From the NCBI GenBank assembly GCA_013265495.1, contig MU058423.1:2371061-2435060 (forward strand): a DNA stretch of 64,000 nt. The letters are read 5' to 3'. The translations under genes were made by a program, and so were the position numbers. This document shows, in pieces, positions 25,610-37,720 of this stretch. Source of the DNA: Vicugna vicugna (lineage: Eukaryota). Positions within the stretch are counted from its first letter, which is position 1. Every line of letters starts with the position of its first letter. A model generated the notes under the pieces. It ran no database searches. It was not told the DNA's origin and saw only the letters and a program-made list of their open reading frames with translations.

Positions 25610-26360
25610 ATGAGCTCAGTTAATGGCAACTCCATCCTTCCAGGCGCTCAGGCCAAAAACTGCAGAGTCCTCCTTGGCTCCTCTTTCTCTCACATCCTCC
25701 ACTATCAGCAAATCCTGTTATCTCTCCCTTTACCCGGCGCTCCCACCTCTTCTCATCAGTTCCTTTCACTGCCCACATCCAAGCTGCCATGACCCCGCCC
25801 TTGGTTAATTGCATTGGCTTCCCATCATGTCTCTCAGTGGCCCCTTTGGTCTTTTCTCAACACAGTAGCTAGAGAGCTCAAACCATCCATGGCTCCCTGT
25901 TCCACTCACCCAAGTCTGTACAGTGGCCAGCAAGGCAACTCATGATTTGCCCATCCTCTCACCTCTCTGACCTCTGCTCCCACCACTCTCGCTCTCACTT
26001 CCCCTGCCCCAGCCTCACTGACCAAATCCTGTTCCTCAGTACTCAGGACACAGTCTCCCCATACCTGGAGTACACATTCCCTGACACCCCTGCAACTCAA
26101 TCTTCCCTTCCCTATGTAGCCTGCCTTGACCACTTCAGTTGACATTGCCACCCACCCCAATTTAGCACCCCATCACCCCTTACCCTGCTCCCACAGTACT
26201 TAACACTGTCTAGCACACCATGTAATTCATTGATTTCTTGTTTAATGTCTGTGTTTGTCTTCTCCCACAAGAATATAATCTGCATGAGGGTGAAGATCTT
26301 TGTTTTGTTCCCTGATGTACCCCAGGAACATAGAACTCAATAAATATTTGTCATTTCAAT
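25610..26360 (+). mobile_element. L2 LINE 3' portion
   Basis: ctcagttaatggcaactccatccttccaggcgctcaggccaaaaactgcagagtcctccttggctcctctttctctcaca...ctcaataaatatttg. Confidence 0.85.
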
Positions 26361-26393
26361 GATGGAATCTCACAACAACTTTATGAAGTGATT

Positions 26394-26689
26394 AGGGCAA
26401 CCAACTTCTCTCTCTCTTTTTTTTTAACTTCAAAAAAATTGAAGTATAATTGATTTACAATGTTGTATTAGTTTCTGGTGTATAGCATAGTGATTCAGTT
26501 ATATAGATTCTTTTTCATATTCTTTTTCATTACAGGGCAACCAACTTCTCTCTCTCTTTTTTTTTAACTTCAAAAAAATTGAAGTATAATTGATTTACAA
26601 TGTTGTATTAGTTTCTGGTGTATAGCATAGTGATTCAGTTATATAGATTCTTTTTCATATTCTTTTTCATTACAGGGCAACCAACTTCT
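26394..26689 (-). mobile_element. Young L1 3' tail, tandemly duplicated (TSD-L1-TSD-L1-TSD, 140-bp period), inside a MIR
   Basis: agggcaaccaacttct occurs at 26394, 26534 and 26674. The two intervening 124-bp segments are identical and match, in reverse complement, the 3' UTR of the L1 at 44700-44810 (taatgaaaaagaatatgaaaa). Confidence 0.9.
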
Positions 26690-27734
26690 TTTAATGACAG
26701 GAAAACTCAGGTTCTATAGTTAAGTTCTGACCTCTGCAGATGCCTGGGGTCAGGATGGGGGTGACATTGAAAAATGGGTCCTTTGTCTCCTCGGCCCCTC
26801 CCCTTCATGATTTTCTTGCCTTAGGGCGCTGCCCCTTTCAACCCTCTGGCTCAAGCACAGATACAAACCCATTCTATGGGCTTCCCTCTGCACAGCTGAG
26901 GTCTACTGGAACTTTCTTGAGTTTTTGCCATTTCCCACCATGGGAGAAAATTAGAGAAATTAACACAAAAAGCACAAGAATTATAAAAATGGTTCAGTTC
27001 ACAAAATGCAGGATTCTGATCAGAGTGTGTAGGTTCTGTCTTGTTTCCAGTTCCTTCTGAGATGTCTGTGTTCTTGTCTCAGGTGCCTGGCCTGGCTTCC
27101 CTCCCTCTGGGATCCCAGCCTCCACCCTCTAATGCCTCCCTCCTCCCCTCTCCTGACCTTGAAGCTAGAAACCTAACCTGTTATATCCCAGCCAGGACCT
27201 CAAGAAGGTCACGTCCCAGGGACAGTTTCCTCTTCTGTAAAATGGGAAGGATCATGCCTCGGCCCTCAAGTCCTGTTGAGAGACACAGATGAAATAACGG
27301 TGTGATGAGCTTTGAGAACTTTTGAACCTTACACAAACCTGTGATAGATGAGAAGTGTGCAGATGGAGTCAGGGCCTGCTCCAGAGCCAGGATGACAAAG
27401 GAGCCTGAAATAAGGGGCAGTGGGTGCTGTTGACACAGCTGGTGTCTGCAAAAGTCACCCTTGCCAGGTCAGGTCACCCTTGCCAAGAGACTTGCATTCT
27501 GATCACAGACAAAGAAGCTTTAATTTCAAACAATGACCCTTTAGTCTCCTGACTACCTGGCTGTACATGAGGCTGAGAGTTGGGGAGCTGGAGCCCAGAG
27601 AAACTGAGGCTCAAAGCGAGGCCATGCTGAGGTCCCATCAAATCCGGTACAAGATCCCAGGGGTGCTTCTGTCCTGGGAGGGGCAGCTTTAGGGGCAGGA
27701 TCCCTATACCTCCTTGGGAAACTTTGCTTGACAT

Positions 27735-28030
27735 AATGAAATTCATAAAGTACCTACTATGTATCACGCACCGTGCTCGGTATTGAGGATACAGCAGCAA
27801 AGACAATAGACAGGGCTCTTGCCCTCAAGGGGCATGCTGTCTGTCGGTGAGACAGACAGCGAGCAAATACAAAAATAGTTATTAACCACAGAGGCAAGGG
27901 CTCAGAAGGAGAGGTGTAGAGTGCCATGAAAGTGTATAATAGTGAAACTTGATTTTGTACAAGTGATGGGGACGTAGAGGGGATGTCGGTGTCAGGAAGG
28001 CTTTACTGAAAGTGCTGTTTAGGCTGAAAA
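27735..28030 (-). mobile_element. L2 LINE 3' end
   Basis: aattcataaagtacctactatgtatcacgcaccgtgctcggtattgaggatacagcag...gtcaggaaggcttt. Confidence 0.7.
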
Positions 28031-29159
28031 CTAGTTGCAAGACACAGTTCCATTATTTCAAGCAAGTCAAAACTGGGCTCTCCACATGTCCCTGCAGGCC
28101 CCAGGAAGCTGGACAGAGAGTGTGGCCAAGACCCTGTGTGGAGGTCAGGCCCCGGGATAGGGGATGACTGGGCAGAGACTGGGCAGAGATGGTGCAGGGA
28201 AGTCCTAAGGGGTGCAGCCTGGGCTCTGCCTCTCAGTCCTTCAGGACCCCACCCGTCCCCCAGTGCATGGAGCCAGCACTGACTGCAAGATCCCGGCTGC
28301 CCTGCCACCAATGGATGGACGCAGCGGGGCAGGGCTCCATGACCTCACTGTAATGGTGTCCTACAGCCCTGCCAGCAGGAGGAGAAAACAAACACTGAAA
28401 AGTCCCCCAGCGCTCCCAGATGCCTGCCCAGGAAGACTTGGGCTCCAGGCTGTGGGCAGCGTGCCCAGCTCAGGAGGCCAGAATGGAATTCGAAAGTGCT
28501 TGTTTCTTGCTGAAAAATTCCGAAGATTGCTCAACATTCCTTTGACCCCAGGAGCCGGTGTTTGGCAGGAGATGCTGAGAGCTGAGGACCCAGAGCCTGT
28601 GGGCCTGCCCTGTGGCTCAGGACTGTCAGGGAATCGCCCTTCTGTCCTGCTCCCTGGAGGGCAGGGGGAGGGGCGTGGGAGAGGGCCGTGGATGCACCTC
28701 CTCTCGCCCATACACAAGGACACCGATGGTGGAGTGGACATTGTGGGTCTGGAAAGAGGATGGGAAAACCAGCAAGCTTTAGCAGAAGGGAGAGGACATT
28801 CTTGTCCCCTGATGACAACTGCCGTGTTCCCAAGAAGCCCTGAGACAGAGCCCAGATTCTCGGGCTCTGGTGTAAAGGCCACTAGAGTAACTCACTGAGG
28901 TCAGCAATCTGTGGCCACCGGGAAGGTCAGCTCCCTCTTCCCAGCTCTCTGTCTCTACTTGGCTCAAATTCCCCCTCCTCTAGGCTGCCTGCTCCCTGCC
29001 TGGATTTGAATCCTCTCATCTGATAATGCACTTATCATTCTGTCTCACATCTGTCTGTGTCTGCTCTCTTGTACTAAGGAGGAAATGCTCCGGAAGACAG
29101 GCACCGTTTTGGTTTACACCCGTGTCATTCTGCAGAACCCAGCTGGCACAGAGATGTAG

Positions 29160-30085
29160 GTACCAAGATGTTCACTGCAGCATTGCTTACAGTAGTGGAA
29201 AATGGCCAATTCTCTAAGTCCTCAAGAATGGGATTTGATTAAATAAGTCGGAGTGGACTCAGATGGTAGAATGCTAAACAGCCATTGGCAATTACATTTT
29301 TAAAAAATTATTTAAACACATGGGAGTATGTTAAAATCAACAAACTTCCATCCTGCAGAGCTAACCACTATTAACATTTGGGTATGTTTCCATCACATTT
29401 TTTTCTATGTAGGTATTAAAATGCATTAAAATCCTACCAAAATGTGATGATGTGTGGGGATAAAAGTTAAATTGTAAGTGTGGGGTGTTTTACTGTGAAA
29501 GTAATGGGAGATAGCAATTGGGGGAGGAGCCTATGCTGTCACAGAACGTACGACACAAAGATGTTGACAATTAAACTGCACTCAGAATTCTGTACACTGA
29601 ACTAGAAAAGCCGCAAATGACCTTGAGGCTGTCACTTCCTAACCGCACCCACCCCGTTCTCAGAAGGGAATGGTGGTGGGCGGTGGTTTCAGAATGAGGG
29701 TGGAAAGAATGAAAGCCCGTTGATTATATACAATTTTGCATAATCACTGAATTTGACATATATTCTTAATGGCATTAGAATCATACTGTACATAAATATG
29801 TTTCATATCATTTCTTACTTAACATTGTATCTTAACCAACACTCCATCTTATTAAACACCATTTTAAAGTGTTATTATTGTAAATATTCTTGTTTTTAAA
29901 AAAGTGTCTCTGTTCTTATCTTTTACTGCCCCTTCCCCCTTATTCATAGGATGCAATTGCTGGATCAAAAGGTAGAAATATTTTTAAGACCATTGAAATA
30001 TATTTCCAAATTCCCCTCCAAAAAGTTTTGCCAAATTACACTCAGCAGCAAATGAGAGCCTTGCCTGCATCCTTGTCAATAGCTG
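29160..30085. mobile_element. Old L1 (L1ME-like) fragments in both orientations
   Basis: Plus-strand piece caagatgttcactgcagcattgcttacagtag; minus-strand pieces taaccactattaacatttgggtatg and aattgctggatcaaaaggta...ccaaattcccctccaaaaag. Confidence 0.65.
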
Positions 30086-31319
30086 GGTTAATCATGGCTC
30101 AAGTGAGTAGCTGGATCTGAGCAATACCTTCCAAAGGTAGAATTGGTGGGATTTGATGGCTGCTGGGATGTTGGGGGGGGGGGTGAAATCATGAGAAGAA
30201 GTGGTGATACTGAGGTCCTTGGCTTGGGTGTGTATAAAGATGGGGAAGCCTTTAGCAGAGCAAGGGAAAAAGGAAAGAGGATTGGGATTGGGAGAATAGA
30301 AATTGTGTTTGGGAATATTGCATATTTAAAAGAAACCAACAAAAAACCACATAAGACCCAGAAGATAGATAAACAAAAACATTTCCCCAAAAAAAACATG
30401 CAAATAGAGAATAACAGCATCAATCTCATCATTCTATTAACTAAGACTCATTCAGTTGAAAATAGTTGGAATTTAAGTTTTACTTAAGGGGAGAATTTAG
30501 GGAAGATTCACAAAAGACCAAAAGAGCAGAGATACTGCTAGGACCTGATCCTCCTCACAGATTGACAGGATTCTCTCTCTTTGTCCCTCACATCTTTGTT
30601 TTTCTCTGCACATCAACCTTATTCTCTCTGAGCCTGGCATTGTCTACATGGTTTTGGAAAGTGCCTATGGCTCATGGCTCACAGCTTTGCCTCCAGAGAG
30701 CTACTAGGACCTCCTGGTCTCAAGATCAAAAATCTCAAGCAAGGGTTTTTATTCACCTAACATGGTTCCTCAACCATGGCTTAGGGTGAGTTGTTATGAC
30801 TGGTCATTTTAGCTTAATTACCATTCCTTGGGCTCATAAACAGTGTCTAGGGCAGGATTTAGAAGAGGATGGAGCACGCATGTGGGCTAAAGTGTTGGAC
30901 AGGACAGAATGCTTCTCAGAAGAAGAGGGATGCTCTCCTGGGTGTGCAAAACAATGGCTGTTCGCTGGGTTCCCAGCATATCCACATGATTTTCTCTACA
31001 TACAAATAATACCCCTGAGTGTCCTCTCTTACCATAATACAACCATCCTCTTCCCAGTGGGGGGTCACTCAAAGTCATTCAGCTACTGTTTCTCATTCCA
31101 AACCCAGAATCTACTAGACTGAAAATCTCTTTTTCCTCTGGTAGTTTTTAAGATTTCCTTGTTTACTCTTGATGTTCTACAGATTTAGACCAGCATATAC
31201 AGATGTGGATTTATTATTTATTCTACTCAGCATTCAGTGGGTGCTTTCTGTCAGAGGATTCTGGAGACTTTTCACCATTATCTTTTCAGTCGTCTCTACC
31301 ATTTGCTCTAATCCTTTCT

Positions 31320-31400
31320 TTCTTTTTTCTTTTTTTTTTTAAATTGAAATCTACAATGTGTCAGTTGCCAGTGTACAGCATAATGTCCCAGTAAAGTGTT

Positions 31401-31458
<58 letters not shown>

Positions 31459-31490
31459 TTTTATATATATATACATATTCATTTTCATAT
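31320..31490 (-). mobile_element. Young L1 3' tail containing an expanded (GT)n(AT)n microsatellite
   Basis: Poly-T followed by tacaatgtgtcagttgccagtgtacagcataatgtcccagt...catattcattttcatatt. TSD taatcctttct at 31309-31319 and 31491-31501. Confidence 0.8.
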
Positions 31491-32014
31491 TAATCCTTTC
31501 TCTTGAATCTCCTCTTAGATTGAGCCTCTCAAACTCTTTTCCAAGCCTCATAATCACCCTTTCATCATTTTCAGTTTTTATGTATTTTTTTATCTACTGT
31601 GCTGAGTTCTTGGTGAATTCCTCAGCTCCATCTTCCAAAGCACTAATTATTTATTCAACTATATTTGGTCCAGAGCTTCCCCCATCTGTTCAGTTTTTAT
31701 TTCAAGTAATGGATTTTTTTCCTTTCCAGGGTTTCTAATTGTTCCTCTTTCATATCCACTTATTCTTGTTCATTTCTTCCTTCATCTTTCGGGGATTCTC
31801 AGCTTGTTTATTTTACAATTATTTTCATCTTGCTCTACTATTTTCTTTTCCTCTGAAGGGAGTTTTTCTCCTGCTGATTGCTTGTATTGGCAGCCTTTCT
31901 TCACATTAGTCTTCTTATTTCTTTTGTGTTTCCTATCCATGTTTATCTTCTTTTGAAATGTGACTGTTTCCTTTTATTTCCCTCTCTCTGATTTGTTTCT
32001 CTTTCACTGGAGAG

Positions 32015-32255
32015 GCAGCGAAGACTGATGTGAAGAGCTCAGGTTCTGGAGACTGCCTGTGTTCAGATCTTGGCTCCATGACTTAATAGCCATACAATTT
32101 GGGGCGGGAGTCTTAACTCCCATTTGTAAACTGAGAGGTAATAATAATAGCACCTACCTAATAGGGTTTTGGGGAGGCTTGAGTGAACTAAGCTGATGTA
32201 CATAAAGCATTTAAGCAGTGCCTAGAACATAGTGTTTAAACATGTTAGGTATTGT
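32015..32255 (+). mobile_element. MIR SINE
   Basis: aagagctcaggttctggagactgcctgtgttcagatcttggctcc...ataatagcacctacctaatagggtt...aaagcatttaagcagtgcctagaacatag. Confidence 0.8.
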
Positions 32256-32804
32256 TTCTACATATTTAGAGAAAATGAGTGATTCCGGATGTGGATGGAA
32301 GTGGTGCTCAAAGGATTAATTTAGCTGGCCTCTTGAGAGCAAGTCCAAGTCCAGGATTCCTGAGTGTGTCTGTTCCTCCTGGTCAAGTCTTCTCATGGCT
32401 CTCCAGGATCTTGCCTTCATTTGGCTTTACTACAACCACCAACCACCTCCAATGCAGCTCGTGTACAATGCCAGTGGGAAACAGGGTAACTGTTATAAAT
32501 GCAACTGTTGAAAATGCGTGAAAAGGAGGCAGCACACCGTGGTCACTGATCTAGCATTCAAATCACATGCAGCTGGACAGGGATGGTGAGGTCGGGGCTG
32601 TGGCTCGTGATTATCATCTCACCTTGGCAGAGAGTGAGTTCTCTGGTCGCCAGCCTGGCTCTCCAGGTTTTGCCTTTTGGAAGCATTGCCCTTGCCCACA
32701 TCCACAAGATTCCACATGAGCAGGTGATAGAGAGGTTTCCTCCACTCAGGGCATTACTGCCTTACAAAACACTTCCTGTTGGTCTAGCTACCTGGAAATT
32801 ACCT

Positions 32805-32972
32805 CACGATAAAGTTTTCCAGCTCTGTTGGAAAACTCCGGGGAATTTGGTGAAAATTCTCGATCACATCCCAGATCCACTGACTCTCCAGGGGGAGCAG
32901 CTTGGGAATCTCTGTTTTTAACAGACGCCCCGGGTGATTCTTATTGTCAGAAAAGTTTGAAAAATAACTATT
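32805..32972. mobile_element. MER5-like hAT-Charlie MITE
   Basis: gggaatctctgtttttaacagacgccccgggtgattcttattgtcagaaaagtttgaaaaa. Confidence 0.7.
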
Positions 32973-33309
32973 TAGTGGTTGAGCAATCACACATCTCAGT
33001 TTGGCAGACTTGGGCTTTCTTAGCACTTCAGCCTTGAAAACCAGAATCATTTGACTGTGAGTTTCATTTGGTGGTTCTCTGTTTGCCAATATCTAACCCT
33101 AGAAAGTTGTAAGGCCTGAGGGGTGTATTGAACTCTGCTCACATGCCTCCAGCCTCTTACTATAGCTCTGGAGGCTCTGCCCTTCTCCTGGGACTCAGCG
33201 GGAAACTGGAGCGAAAAGGCATGGCTGTCCTGCCCTCACTGTCATCCCTGCATCACACAGGGTCGGGTGGCGAGAGGCTGGCAATTCCTCATGAGGCAGG
33301 GAGGCAATC

Positions 33310-33445
33310 CAGGATAATCTCCCTCTCCCAAGATTAGCTGATTAGCAACCATAATACCCCTTTGCCATGTAAAGTAACCTCTACATAAATTCCAGGGATT
33401 AAACAAGGATCTATGGGGGAGGGGAGCAGTATTCTCCCACCACAC
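33310..33445 (-). mobile_element. MLT1 (ERVL-MaLR) LTR fragment
   Basis: caggataatctccctctccca...ccttttgccatgtaaagtaacc...ttccagggattaaacaaggatctatgggggagggg. Confidence 0.65.
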
Positions 33446-33449
33446 CTAG

Positions 33450-34080
33450 CAAAACGGCAGTGAGTAGATCCTCTCAAATCCTTCTGGTAAACATGTAAAT
33501 TTGCATAAAGTTTCTGGAAAATAACCTGGTCATTTGGTAAAACAGATCGTAAATTATTCGTATTTGTTCATTCAGTAATTCTAATCATCTGCCCTAAAAC
33601 ATGCTAAATATGTGTGTATGGGGTGGGGATGGAATTTATGCAGCAAAATGTTCATCCCTACTTTACTTACACCACCTAAAAACTGGAAACAACCCTAATG
33701 TCCAGTGGTGGTAAGGCTAAGTAAACCATATTATGTCCATATAAAGAAAGATACATGTTGACGTTAAAAAGCGTTGTTCCTGAGAAGCTTTTAATGAAAT
33801 GAAAATATGTATATGGCCTAATGTGAAGTAAAAAGAGAAGGATGTCTGTACATCCTGCTCAATTTTGCTGTGAACATAAAACTGCTTTTAAAAATTGTCT
33901 ATTGTTTAAAAAAAAAAGAGGAGGTTCCAAAAATTAATGGTTACAATATAACATCAAAAAAAAAAGTACAAAAAGGCCTAGGAAAGAAAATGTTAGTGTT
34001 TTCCCTGTGGGTGGTGAGATTATTTGCAGGTGATTTTTTTCCTCTAAATATACATTTTAATGTATTTTTTAAATTGGCCC
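33450..34080 (+). mobile_element. Old L1 (L1ME-like) 3' region
   Basis: aatgttcatccctactttacttacaccacctaaaaactggaaacaaccctaatgtcca resembles a degenerate ORF2 C-terminus and 3' UTR. Confidence 0.65.
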
Positions 34081-34933
34081 TTAGGTGCACAGAATTGGGT
34101 TAACCATAATCCTTCTTTCAGGACATAACACTTATCATTATTCTAGTCATGGCCATTCTATTTGTTTATCTGGTAAGTTTGCTACTTATTTTGATAATGG
34201 ATTAAGTAACCACAAACCTAACTTAAAACAAAGGCGTCCCTAACCATAGCTCCCAACACACCCTCCCTGCAACTCTCCCTATTAAAGATAAACATGATCC
34301 CCAATCTCATGTTTATATTTTCATTGCTTTCCTTTTTATATAGTTTCATTGCATCTGTTATGGGATTGCCACTCCCTCACGATGTCTTCCTCTTTCACTG
34401 TTTCCTGAGAGTCTTGCAAGGGAAGAGGATTCTTTTTATTCCTAGACAAAAGAAATTCTTCTATACTCAAGTAGGAACTGGTGACATAATAGTAACTGGC
34501 GAAATGCCATTTTAACTATTTATCCTTCAAGCCGTCCCTGGTCATTCCAATAATACCCACAGTCAGTTCAGAAGTTGCAGTGCAACACCTAAATGTATGG
34601 TGGTCAAATCCCACACTCCTGGTGAAGGGTGGTGTTGAGGTGCCTTTGCGCTTCACTGGGACCCAGACCTTCTTCAGGGGAGGACACACTTTCTCTGGTC
34701 TCATTCTCTGGTCTGTCCCAAGATGGCCATTTCTGCTTCATGGGACACAGTTGACCCACCTGGAGTCCAGGTGGATAAGTTGGAGGGCTCTGGCCCGAAT
34801 TTCCTCAAGGTCCTATTAATCCCAGGGCCCCTCGGCTGGTTTCTGAGTTCAGGGATTTCATTTTTATCTCTCAAGCACCTGGTAAATATCTCACCAAGAG
34901 ATCTCTCACCAGCATCAACTATGTCTTCAGATC

Positions 34934-35098
34934 AGTAGGTCTTAACCAAGGACCCCTATCAGAATCACCTGAGAAGCTTTAAAAAATCCACAGATGCCTA
35001 GGATCAATCCCATCCCAAGAGATTCTGTAAGTCTGCTCTCAGGAATGTTAAAGCATTCCCCCAGAGGCTGGAAGTTCATTCTTGGTTAAGAACCACAG
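34934..35098. mobile_element. MER5-like hAT-Charlie MITE
   Basis: cagtaggtcttaacc...atcagaatcacctgagaagctttaaaaaat...ggttaagaaccacag, with terminal inverted repeats. Confidence 0.7.
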
Positions 35099-35594
35099 CG
35101 TCAGACAATGCCTGGCCAAACTGCACGCCTGCCTTTGTCTTCACCAAATTCTTCTGATTAATTCCAGCTCCCCAGTTACCTGGCTTTTAGCCCTAGGCTT
35201 CAGGAGGCAGATGTTTACTTTTTGTTTTCCTCATGCCTCCCAGCAAATCAACAGCTACATTCTGACTCCCAGGAAAATGGCCACCTGTCTTTGTGAGATG
35301 CTGGCATCGACTGTTTTTCATGTTTTGGCTACTGTGGTTTCCTGCAGACATTTTAGATCTCTTTCACTCTCTCCGGTTTCCGCTCTGCCCATTGCTCTGC
35401 CTCTTCTTCCTCACTCTGTCCCTCCCCATCTCTCATTTCAGTTTACTCTGCAGTTCAGCTTGTTCTTTCCCCCATGGAATAGGCACCTGCAGACTTCCAT
35501 TCTCCACTTCTGGCCCAAGAGGCAAAAGGATTTCTTTCTCTAGGACTAGTTTGAAATGTCCTGCAGAAAGATCATGTTTGAGAGGCAATTCCAG

Positions 35595-35800
35595 TAACGG
35601 CTAAAAGCATGGACTCCGGGGCCAGAGTTCAAATCCTGGTTGTGTGAACAGACACAAACTACTTAGCCTCTTTATGACTCAGTTTCCTCATTGGTAAAAT
35701 GAAGATGATAATTGCACCTAGTCCACTGGGATGCTGAGATGATTCAGTGGGCTAATGATGTTCTCAGAACAGTGCCTGGTACACGGTAAGTACTCTCTAA
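35595..35800 (+). mobile_element. MIR SINE
   Basis: aaagcatggactccggggccagagttcaaatcctgg...ctcagtttcctcattggtaaaatgaagatgataat...agaacagtgcctggtacacggtaagtactc. Confidence 0.85.
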
Positions 35801-36249
35801 GTAGGGTGACCATGTGTCCCGCAGATGACCCAAGAATGTTTAATTTGCTTTAGAAACACAACTCTCTGAAAGTAGAAGAAATAAGATGAGCTCTCTTGTT
35901 GGACCTAATTCTAAAACACATGTCACTATTGGTGTAGAAGTGAATGGACCTTGGAAGAAATAAATCCCTTCATCATGGAGCCCTTTATGGTACCAAAGGG
36001 ACTTGTGCTCATAGGACATGTTTAGTCATGTTTACTTCATTTAGAGAAAGCAGATTTCAACAAGCTGGGAAATTTGCATGAGTCAGAAACTTTAAAGGAG
36101 ACTATGGCTAAAGAAGAACAGAAATCTCCAAGGACTACAGTCCTCATTATACAATCAAGAGTAACCAAGGAAGCACGCTGGCCCCTCCCTGTGTTTCATC
36201 TCCTTCGAAGAACTGTCCATTTTACATGCTCACTTTGTCTTATCTTTCT

Positions 36250-36660
36250 CCGCATTCCCTCATCACCCACTCTCATTCAGGCTACCTTTATTTTTCGGCT
36301 GTGCTGCAGCATCAGTCTCCAACTCTGGCCCCTTCCAGAGTTCCAATGCATTCTCCACTCGCCACATTGTAGTCAGAGTGATTGTTTTGAAATACAAATC
36401 TGATGGTATTTCCCCCTGTCCCTATCCCACCTCCACACCCCTGAAACCACTCAATGGTTTCCTGGTGCTTTTAGAATAAGGAAAAACAGCTTTAACAGCC
36501 TACCAGGCCCTGTAGAGTCTGGACCACTCCAGTTCCATTAGTTCTATCTCATTTACTCCACCTGCAATGGCTTTCCTTCAGTCCTGAGCAATCACCAAGC
36601 TTCCCTATGCCACAGGGCCTTTATATGTGCTAGTTTTTTCTTGGAAGGCTTTTTCTCCCC
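36250..36660 (+). mobile_element. L2 LINE fragment
   Basis: gtcagagtgattgttttgaaatacaaatctgat...ctcaatggtttcc...ccacagggcctttatatgtgc. Confidence 0.7.
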
Positions 36661-36689
36661 ACCACCCCCTCCCTTTGAAAGAAAAACCA

Positions 36690-37720
36690 ATAGGCTTTAT
36701 TTTTTGGATGACTTTTAGGTTCACAGCAAAATTGAGCAGCAAGTATAGAGAGTTCCCATATACCCTGTTTCTATGCTCCCCACACCCCAACATACACACA
36801 CAGCCTCCTCTACCAGCAACATCCCACACCAGCATGTGCATTTGTTATAATCCATGAGCCAACACTGACACATCATTATGACCACAGTCCATAGTTTACA
36901 ATATGGTTCACTGTACATTCTATAGGTTTAGGCAAATGTACATTGACAGATATTTAAACTTACAGTATCATACAAAATATTTTAACTGCCCTAAAAATCC
37001 CTTCTGCTCCACCTATTCATCCCTTCTTCCCCCAAGCCCCTGGCATCTACTAATTTTTTCTTACAGTCTTGATAGTTTTGCCTTTTCCAGCATGTCATAA
37101 AGTTGGAATCATACAGTGTATGGCTCTCCAATTGGCTTACTTTACCTACCAATATGCTTTTATAAGCTTTCTCCATTTCTTTTCATGGCTTGATAGCTCA
37201 TTTCCTTTTTGTGCTGAATAATATTCCATTGTTTAGATGGACCACAGTTTATGTTTCCACTCACCTACTGAAGGATATCTTGGTTGCTTCCAAGTTTTAC
37301 CAATAATGAATAAAGCTACTCTAAATATTTTTGTGTGTATGGGCATAGTCTTCAACTCATTGTGTAAGTATCAAGGAGTATGATTGCTGGATTCTATGGT
37401 AAGAGTACGTTTTGTTTTGTAAGAAACCGCCAAAGTGTCTTCCAAAGTAGCTGGACCATTTTGCGTTCCCACCAGCGATGTGTGAGAGCTCAATGTCCTC
37501 GCCAGCATTCGGCATTGTCAGTGCTTTGGATTTTGGCTATTCATACATAATTATGTGTGTGTGCATGTGTAGAGCAGGGTATTTCATTGTTGTTTTAATT
37601 GCAATCTCTTAATGACTATGACATTGAGCATCTTTTCAGATGCTACTTACCATCTGTATAGTACCTTCTTCAATTAGATGTCTGTTCAGATCTTTTGCCC
37701 ATTTTTAATTTGGGCTGTTT
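36690..37720 (-). mobile_element. L1 (L1MC/MD-like) 3' end
   Basis: ttttaggttcacagcaaaattgagcagcaagtatagagagttcccatatacc...tgaataatattccattgtttagatggaccacagttt...tgtctgttcagatcttttgcccatttttaa. Confidence 0.88.

Noticed and set aside
26394..26689. Three regularly spaced direct repeats resembling a CRISPR array
   Set aside because: The spacers are identical L1 tails, the DNA is mammalian, and there are no cas genes.
28212..28898. Longest ORF in the track (228 aa)
   Set aside because: It has a GTG start, no recognisable domain, a low-complexity G/P/R/S composition, and similar-length overlapping antisense ORFs, as expected by chance in GC-rich DNA.
31358..31738. Hydrophobic ORF with YIYIYI runs
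   Set aside because: It is the translation of an (AT)n microsatellite plus antisense L1-like sequence.
34516..34860. Minus-strand ORFs considered as a possible exon or processed pseudogene
   Set aside because: The frames I translated close quickly and match no protein I recognise.
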